Origin: Podarcis filfolensis
Taxonomy: Eukaryota
DNA length: 64,000 bases
Direction: 5' to 3' (one strand)
Assembly: GCA_964270895.1 (NCBI GenBank)
Contig: OZ185435.1
In this document: piece by piece, positions 48,776 to 57,080 of the stretch
Position numbering within the stretch: position 1 is the first letter of the stretch
How the letters are laid out: each line of letters begins with the position of its first letter
Notes under the pieces: model-generated
The model's database searches: none
Told to the model about the DNA's origin: nothing
The model's input: only the letters and a program-made list of their open reading frames with translations
Program-made: the position numbers and the translations under genes

Positions 48776-49054
48776 CTTTTACTGTTAGTAAAGCAGAACA
48801 TCTTTGGATTCCAGCATCATTTTTAGCCTGGCAAAAATATTTCCCATCGTGCTTCACTTCTATGGCCCTGATCATAAGAGTGGCCACATTGTTCACAAAG
48901 GTCATTTTGGTGTTATCGTCTTCAACAATGTCATCATTATCTTTCAGCCAAGAGACTGTTATAGGCATGGAACCTTTAATAGTTGCTTGAAACACTATTG
49001 TGCCTCCTCTAAGTGAGCTAATGTTCTCAATCCTCTTCACAAATTGTGGGGGTT
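48776..49054 (-). CDS. TTN: Ig I38 exon
   Basis: AG..GT, 279 nt; EPPQFVKRIENISSLRG. Confidence 0.95.
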
Positions 49055-49139
49055 CTATTGAAAGAATAGATGCCTTGGTGAGTATTAGCCTCAACTAAAC
49101 ATCAAAATTAAATTATTATATTTTCCAGGCGGTACTGAC

Positions 49140-49418
49140 CTTTCAGAGCCAACTCAGAGCTACAGACACAGCTTCCTACATCGTTTGTTACCCTGCACTG
49201 GTATTCTCCTGCATCTGAAGAGTCAAACTTGAAAACCTGGAGGCTAATCAAGGAATTCTCAATGCTTATTCTGTGCTTTCTACTGCTCCTCACAGGTTTG
49301 TTGTCCTTTAACCAATAGACCTCAAATGGAGGGGTACCTAAGACCTCACATTCCAGTATCACATCTGAGTCTTTTAACACTTCCCTTGGTTCAAATTCCT
49401 TGACAAAGTAAGGTGACT
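49140..49418 (-). CDS. TTN: Ig I37 exon
   Basis: AG..GT, 279 nt; ESPYFVKEFEPREVLKD. Confidence 0.95.
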
Positions 49419-49529
49419 CTGTAGCATAAGGCAGAAAGAAAGAGTGGGGTGGTTAATTGGTTCTGGGACCTTTTAAAGGCTCGAAAGACTTGCTGAGAAA
49501 ATTGAGTGCAGGGGTACTTTTGCACACAC

Positions 49530-49811
49530 CTTTTACAACCACGACACTACTGCAGGTATCTTTCCCAGCATCATTTTTTGCCTCACATGTATATTCACCA
49601 CAGTCTTCAAGAGTGACATCCAGGAGTCTGAGTACTGCTGTGGAGCCCACCAAAGTCATCTTGTGTTTGGCACTGTCTTTAATTTCCCTGTCATCCTTGA
49701 ACCAAGAGATTTTAATTTCAGGCGTGCCTGTAACTTTACATTCTAATTGGGCGTATTCTCCTTTCTTAATCAACTGCGATGGCTCAAGTCTTTCCACGAA
49801 AGTAGCGGGTT
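49530..49811 (-). CDS. TTN: Ig I36 exon
   Basis: AG..GT, 282 nt; EPATFVERLEPSQLIKKG. Confidence 0.95.
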
Positions 49812-49926
49812 CTGTGGAATTAAAGAATGTTATTAAGAAGAGTTGTAGAAAGAGGTTAAGGAAAAACAAGAGGCACCTCAAATCGCCACCCAAGCATATC
49901 ATCATAAGAGAAAGAGTTGTGCAAAC

Positions 49927-50205
49927 CTTGGACAAACAAGTTTGCACTGCATGAGGCTGAACCAGCCGCGTTGCTGACTTTGCAAGAATAGGTGCCTGAA
50001 TCAGCAGGTTTCACAGCATAAAGCTCCAAGTAACTTGACAAAGCTTCCGTCATGATGTAACAAGCTCCGCCAGTTGTTAGCTCAGCATCACCCTTAAACC
50101 ATTGTACAGAGAGTGGCGCTGTTCCCTTAAATGTACTCTTCAAACGCACTGTTGACCCGGGAGATATTTCTTGAGACTCTGGCTCCGTCACGAAGCTAGG
50201 TGGCT
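49927..50205 (-). CDS. TTN: Ig I35 exon
   Basis: AG..GT, 279 nt; EPPSFVTEPESQEISPG. Confidence 0.95.
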
Positions 50206-50338
50206 CTACACATTGTTTGAAAGAAAGAGTTGGAAAGAATCAGTAGTGCAACTTAATGTAGTGAGGAGTTTAAAAGGGGGTGGGGAAAGAACGGTTAAAA
50301 GAGATACTGAGAAGAGAATGCAAAAGAAGATGTCAAAC

Positions 50339-50626
50339 CTTTTATTGTTAAAGTTCCATGGCTTTCCTTGCCCCCCGCAGAGTTAGTAGCTCTACAGGAA
50401 TACACTCCTGCGTCATTGGTATCCAGGTGTTTGATGTCCAAAGACGCTGAACCTTCTTCGTAGCGTATTGCATACTTGGCGCTGGCAGTGATCTCTTTGT
50501 CATGCTTAAACCAAGACACTTTTATTGGAAGAGAACCTGATACTTTGCAGTCAAAGTGGCAGGAGCCACCAACCGCGCTATCGACGTTCCGCAGAGGTTT
50601 GGTAAAGAATGGAGGAAGGGTGCGAT
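50339..50626 (-). CDS. TTN: Ig I34 exon
   Basis: AG..GT, 288 nt; DRTLPPFFTKPLRNVDS. Confidence 0.95.
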
Positions 50627-50758
50627 CTGTTCCAAGGCACAGCAAAGAAAAGAAAACCAATATATATATAAAAGAGTGTTTTAGGAGTGTCCCCTCCCAC
50701 CTCCCGCCTTCTAATTGTTCTACCACCTAAATCGCAGTAGCGCTGCTGGATTACCAAC

Positions 50759-51037
50759 CTAACACAGTAAATGAGGTGGTGCACGAACTGCGTCCAACAT
50801 CGTTTGAAACTTCAAAGGTGATTTCGCCAGTATCGTGCAATTCGGCGGTGTAGAATTTCAACTGAGCAACATTGTTCTTGAAACTGATTCTATACTTTTT
50901 GTTAGAAGCCAGAGGCTTTCCGTCTTTGAACCATTTCGTTTTTAGCTCTGGGGTGCCTGCAACAGTGTATTCCAGAGTTGCTGGGTCCCCTGCCGTCACC
51001 TGAATGAATTCAGCTCTCTCAACAATGGTAGCAGGCT
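50759..51037 (-). CDS. TTN: Ig I33 exon
   Basis: AG..GT, 279 nt; EPATIVERAEFIQVTAG. Confidence 0.95.
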
Positions 51038-51135
51038 CTATAACAGAATTAAACAGTGGTCATTATAGACCTAATGCGAACAATATGCCTGTGTATAAGA
51101 AGAATTGTGCGATCTTAAAGTGCTCCTACACTGAC

Positions 51136-51414
51136 CTTTAACTGCTAATTCTCCAAAACATGTTTGGCTTCCTGCATCATTCTCAGCCAGACATGTATAT
51201 TTACCACCAGAACTAATCTGGACATCTGTGATTTGCAAAGTTGCAATGCCATTTTCAAAGGTCACTTTGACTTTGTTATCTTCTTTAATAATATCTTTCC
51301 CCTTCATCCAAGTGACAGAAATAGGAGCTGAGCCTCTCACAGCTGCCTGTAAGAAAACTTCATCCCCAGCGAGTGCAGTAACATCTTCGATTTTCTTAAT
51401 GAAAGAGGGAGGTT
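51136..51414 (-). CDS. TTN: Ig I32 exon
   Basis: AG..GT, 279 nt; EPPSFIKKIEDVTALAG. Confidence 0.95.
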
Positions 51415-51669
51415 CTAATTTGAAAAAGAAAGGAAGGAAGAAAAACCCTTATCTATCATTGCATCAGATGGTGCTTGGTGCTGCATTTAAGGCTTTTTAA
51501 AGAAAATAAATTGCCTTCTGGATACAATGGCAACGTCTTTTATGGATTTCTACCTCTGAATGTTAGGGGGAAATTTACCATTTCAATCTGGAGACAGAGG
51601 GACCATTATTTGTTGAGCAATAAGTAAATGTCTTACATTTGACAGCAGGCAAATTAATCCAGGTGAAGT

Positions 51670-51915
51670 AGAGGTGAGGAACCTGTGGCACTCTAGATAT
51701 TGTACTCCAACTCCCACCCCATTAGCCAATGGTCAGGAATTATGGGGTCCAACAACATCTGGAGGGCTGCAGGTTCCCCATCATTGATGTAAACCAGGAG
51801 TGGAGAACCTTTGGTCCTCCAGATGTTGATGAACTACAAATTGGCCATGCTGGCTGGGGCTGATGGGAATTGTAGTTCAGCAACACTTGGAGGACCACAG
51901 GTTCCCCACTACTGG
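51670..51915. mobile_element. Two adjacent palindromic hAT-type MITE copies
   Basis: Each has gaacct(g/t)tgg..ct(c)tagat ... ctggagg..cacaggttcccca arms; boundaries approximate. Confidence 0.6.
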
Positions 51916-52894
51916 TGTAAATGAGGGGACTAGGAAGAGTAAAAGAGGAATTCTTTTACTGGGCACCAAAGCTTGCTTCTCAGAAGGATGTCAGGAGTAG
52001 AGATTTTGCCTTTTGGCTATGCTTTATGTTGGAAACCCCTTAATTTCATGACACTATACTTATCAAAGGAAAGGCCAACAGACCAACCATAGGCGTGCCT
52101 ACTCAGAGGTAAGTCCCATTGAGTTCAGTGAGGCTTACTCTTAAGTAAGTGTGTGGGAATGCTAAGAGCATTTTTAACATATGAATTGCCTTTGGGCTCC
52201 TCTTTCATTACTTGGTGGAACTTTGAGTACTGATAATGTTGGGGATGGGAGATGAAAAGATGCATTAGCATTGCAAATTAGAATGCTGACTTGGGTAGGT
52301 TTTACATTTGTATCACAAGCTGACAGAAGCAATAAACTCTTTACATATCATGTGTAGGGATGGGCAAACCTATCAGTTCCTCTTTTTTAAAAGTCTTAAA
52401 TTGAGTCCTCACATTTCCACATCAGTTTGCAGTTTTTAAAAGAAGTTCTCGTGAAAATTTATCAGCAGTTTAGTATGAATTTCTTCTACTACACGCATTT
52501 TAATGCTATTTTGCCCAATATTCACTATTTCCCAAAACTATTTTTCATTTTAGTGTTCATTTCCCAGTTGGAACACAAATAAGTGTGAATTTTAAAGGAT
52601 GGCTGTGTTCTGGTCTGCATATTGTTTTGAAAGGCAAGGTCACCTTTAAAAGAGAACTGAATTGACTGTGTAAAACAGCCTCTTGCTTGGGAATTAATTT
52701 CAATGAAATCTGTTCTCTGCTTTTATTCCTGCATTCAAGAATATAAGAAAAGATTCCAAGATGTAACAAGACACAGAAAGAGAAGGAAAGGAAAGGAGAC
52801 AACTAAAAAAGAAAAATTGGTTTCCACGAAAGAGTTATTTTCTCCTTTTACACTATGTTAAAAATAGGTTTTGTTTGTTCACTTGCTCACTAAC

Positions 52895-53173
52895 CTTTCA
52901 GTATATACGTTGCACTGCAAACACATTTTCCAACTTCATTCGCTATGGAACATTCGTATTCACCAACATCTGCACTATTAAATGAAGAAATCTCCAGAGA
53001 GATAAGAGACTTTTGGGAAGTCAACCTGTATTTTTTACTACTGCGAATTTGTTTCCTGTCTTTAAACCAACTGATTTCAAACGGTCCAGTACCAGAAACC
53101 TCACAATGAAGAGTGGCATTCATTCCTCTCACTATGTCGCCCGGTTCAAGAGTTTTGATGAAAGTAGGAGGCT
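52895..53173 (-). CDS. TTN: Ig I31 exon
   Basis: AG..GT, 279 nt; EPPTFIKTLEPGDIVRG. Confidence 0.95.
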
Positions 53174-53277
53174 CTATAAAATCATCAAAGCATGAATAAA
53201 GAATTAGTGACCGATAGTACACTTGCAGCAGAACAGAGCACCTTGAAAAGAAAGCATCCCTGGGTTAAAGAACAAAC

Positions 53278-53559
53278 CTTTGACAACAATCTCAGTACTA
53301 CAGCTGTCACTGCCAGCATCATTAGCTGCTTCACACGAGTAACTTCCACTGTCATCAACTTTCACATTGGTAATATCTAGCACAGCCACGTTATTGGCAA
53401 AAGACATCCTCTGTGTGTCGCTCTCTCTAATTTCTTTGTTATTTTTGTACCATGTCACCTGGATCTCAGGAGACCCTTTGATTTTGCACTGAAGGTGCGC
53501 TGACTCTCCAGGAGTCAACAAGTAAGAGGGGTCCACTTTCTTCAGGAACGATGGTGGCT
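53278..53559 (-). CDS. TTN: Ig I30 exon
   Basis: AG..GT, 282 nt; EPPSFLKKVDPSYLLTPG. Confidence 0.95.
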
Positions 53560-54099
53560 CTAGAAGAAAAGTTCAGAAAGAAAGAAGCCTGAAATATAAC
53601 ACCTTAAGAAGATCGATTTGGTAGGACAATTACAAAGACAAGCTATTGAGAAGCATGCAGATATCTATCCAGGACAAAACTCCAATTCCTGCCATTGCTC
53701 TTAATTCTGCTTTTTATCATGGTAACCAGAACTTCTCTAAAGAATCACCTAGGACGGAAAAATAAATAAATGACAGTTTTAGTCAACACTGGAATAAAGT
53801 TTGCACATTTAAGGAAATCAGACAATAAGCTTTAGTAAAGACACAAAGACGAGTGAAAAAGATTGTAGCTTTTCTTTTTACAAAGAAACACCACACCACA
53901 CTTGGAGAAATGTGCTACGATTAGCTTTTCCCTTCTTAATGTTACCTCTCACTTCTTCATTATTTGGAACTAACAAATCGGTTCCGCGTGGGACCAAGTG
54001 GGACCAGGTTGCACTTAGGCCACCAGGCCCCACCCCTGCCTCAGCGTGGTGCAGGATAGCGTCCTGCATCATGTTGAGGGTGACCCAGCCATGCCATTT

Positions 54100-54212
54100 G
54101 CCAGGCGGCCAATCAGGGCGCTGTGGGGGCGTGGCCGGGGCCCACTTCAACCCTTCAACCCGCGGCGCGATTTTGGCAGCTCCTCTTTGAAGCACAACTA
54201 CTATAAATAAGA
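54100..54212 (+). promoter_or_regulatory. Candidate antisense promoter cassette (CCAAT, GC box, TATA/MEF2-like)
   Basis: gcggccaatcag (CCAAT 54109-54113), gggggcgtggc (54125-54135), ctataaataa (54201-54210) in a CpG-rich patch; activity not shown. Confidence 0.35.
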
Positions 54213-54256
54213 GGACATAAACGGCACCAAGTTTAGCAGACCGACAATTTCCTTAC

Positions 54257-54820
54257 CTCTGATTGTTACAGTGGCCGAAGAAGAGCTACTTCCAGCCTCA
54301 TTTGCAGCAGTGCATGCATATGTTCCTGAATCTTTAAGTTTAGACAGAGGGATATCAAGTGATGCTATCTTGTCTTCAAAGCAAATCTTGTAATCTTTGC
54401 CTGGAGGTATTCGGGTTCCATCCTTGCTCCAGGATACTGTGACTTTCCTGTCTTCATCCACTTGGCATTCAAGATGTATCTTCTTATTGACTGCAGACTG
54501 AACAGACTGCAGTTCCTTGACAAATCGTGGTTTATCAATGACAGCTATTTCTGCCTGGCAGATGTCTGCTCCAAATTTGTTTGAGGCTTTGCAAGTATAT
54601 ACCCCCCTGTCATTTACTGTGAGGCGTGGAATCTCTAAACTGTGCTTATTCTCAGAAGCTGAAATCTTGCAATGTTCTGAGGAAGAAATGGCGGCACCAT
54701 CCTTCTGCCACACTGTGTCGATTACGGGGGTGCCTGCCACTGTGCAGAGGAACCTGGCACTCTTACCCACAAAAGTAGTAATAGATTCGGGTCTGGTTAG
54801 AAAGGTTGGAGGAAACGCTT
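54257..54820 (-). CDS. TTN: Ig I28+I29 exon (two domains)
   Basis: AG..GTAAG, 564 nt; EAFPPTFLTRPES...DKPRFVKELQ. Confidence 0.95.
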
Positions 54821-55902
54821 CTGCAAAAGAAAGGGGGGAAAGTTGACATGGATTTGGCCAATACAGCAACCTTTTCCCACACCCCAGCACCAAAGAAAGG
54901 AGACAGAAACGCTGTCTCCATATACACACATTAAATTGCCTAGAAATAATGTGCAGTAAAGATTCCCAAGACTCAATACATCCAGTAAATCATTAGGATG
55001 ATCTAGCAGTTCTAAAAGCCACCTAGCAAGAGTTATTTGTTATCTAAAAGAGCAGTTTTAAAAGCCATCTAGCAAGAGTTATTTAGTCATGAAATTAGGT
55101 TTACATGTGAGGATTTGAAGTGCATGTCATGAATTAACCAGCAATACAGATTCCAGTAAGATGAAAGGTATAGGCAATTATTATAGTAATAAAAAGGCCT
55201 AGGGAGATCTTTTTAAAAGAGCGATGTCATTATGTATCCTTTATTCATTTCAAGATGGCTCCCACTACCCACTACGTCTGTAAGCATGGATCTCAAAGAG
55301 TAAATAAAATCAACTGCATCCCAGCAAGATCATGATCAGACGACTCAGTTAATACTATAATCTTTTTGAGAAGCTTAAGACATTTAAGAGTGAATGTTTA
55401 CAGGTGAATATGACGGAATCAAAAAACATTTCAAATGCCTCTGGGCACAATCCATGCCATTGCTGCATTCTTCTCTCCTCCCGACCCCAGTGTGAAATGC
55501 TTTAAGTGTGGAAGTTCTTGCCTACAATCTCCTTCACCAACTGCAGTTCTTCCATCACTAGAGAGAGGTGCTTGTACCAAATGGTGCACATCTGAAATGA
55601 ACTAGAGTATTCCCTTTATTATTCGTAAGTTTTCCTCCACGCTTAAAAGAGTTCGGAAATAATATACAATAATTACAAATCTGTTCTTTGACTCAGCTTC
55701 CGATGAAAATATATTTTTTGCTCCTGGATATGTACATTGAACCTGGGGGCCAAATACCTGGTATTTTCTTCTATTTCTATATGCACAGAAATGGAAATCC
55801 TTAGTCTGTTATTGGCCCTAGATGCATTTTACCACATACTAATGGTGAACACATTCAGTTACCTAACAAGGAAGCAGCACAGGGTTCATGTCTCGCACTT
55901 AC

Positions 55903-56181
55903 CAGTTACCGTTAAGGTTGCTTTGCTGCTTACGCTGCCATACTTATTGGAAGCTTTGCAGCTGTATTCGCCACAGTCAACTACTTGCGGTCTCGGGATT
56001 TGAAGAGTGGATGTATAATTAGTGGTGTGTATGGTATACTTGTCGCCATCATAGATTTCCCGACCGGCTCTGTACCATTGAAACCGTACGTCTGGCGCCA
56101 TCTCGATCTCGCAGGTGAACTTGGCAAGGTGGTTCACAGCAACTTCTTGGGATTCCAGCCTTCTCCTCAGTATGGGTCCAA
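55903..56181 (-). CDS. TTN: Ig I27 exon (exon 50 equivalent)
   Basis: AG..GTAAG, 279 nt; VGPILRRRLESQEVAVNHLAKFTCEI. Confidence 0.95.
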
Positions 56182-57080
56182 CTGAAGTTAAAAGTCAAAG
56201 AATAATGTGGTTACAACCATCCACGTTCATGTGGATATTGTAATACTAATAGCATGTATGGTGCTTATAAGTGTACATTCCAAAACACTGTTAATAAAGT
56301 GACCAACAGAAATGAGATGTGTGGTTTCATGAGCTATCCAAGGAAAGTGGCTGTAAAGAAAAATGGTTGTCAGAGGTGAAAGCAAACCGAAAGCAGTGCC
56401 CAGTCTACCAGAGGGCTACATACACTGCAGTGCATAATGGAACTCTGAAGATACTCTGATGTGCTACTTACTATTAAAGGCATGCAAACAACATGATATA
56501 TGAAATTATACCAGGTTGTACCAGAACATTTTCAACATGAAATGTGTGACATTATGCTAGAATGGTGCAATGACTTCTACAACGTGCTGTGCAATCTCTT
56601 GGCACGTCTACTCAGAAGCAAGTCTCACTGTGCTCAGTGGGGCTTCCTCCCTAGTAAGCGTGTTCAGAATTGCATCTTTATTGTAGCAATGAAAAGGAAA
56701 AGTGAACCAAGTTGCTCTGTGGATATGGGGATGAAAGTGCTCCTAAGACATGCACTCTTTTAAAAAAATCTGAAATTACAAATAGTTTTATTTAACAATC
56801 ATCATTCATGAAACAAAAGTTGATTTTGTTTCAGTACCAAAAAGTGCAAAATGCAAATAAAAGGTGTGAATAAGAAATATATTTAAAGAAATAAAAGTTC
56901 TAAAGAGGAAACAAAAAGTGGAGGATCTGTGATTAGTTTGGTGATGCACAGCTGAAGTTTATATACTTCTTATATCTGTATCCAAAATGCTACTAGAGAT
57001 ACAAATATGTATATGTGTGTTCTATTCAGTTAGCAAATGAGTGAAAATAGGAAAGCAATATTTTATCCCCATATTCCAAC

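Noticed and set aside
30046-50758. GTTGGTA donors as tandem +4 alternative donors (I33, I50, I53, I60, I70)
   Set aside because: The second GT is simply the +5G/+6T of the U1 consensus; there is no evidence of use.
52858-52867. MEF2-like TTAAAAATAG near the I31 donor
   Set aside because: An isolated match is expected by chance in AT-rich introns and has no supporting motifs.
23675-54846. Many plus-strand ORFs overlapping Ig exons (e.g. 48326-48727, 49457-49954, 35919-36380)
   Set aside because: These are antisense shadows of stop-poor coding exons. They recur at paralogous exons, have no recognisable domains and no splice logic.
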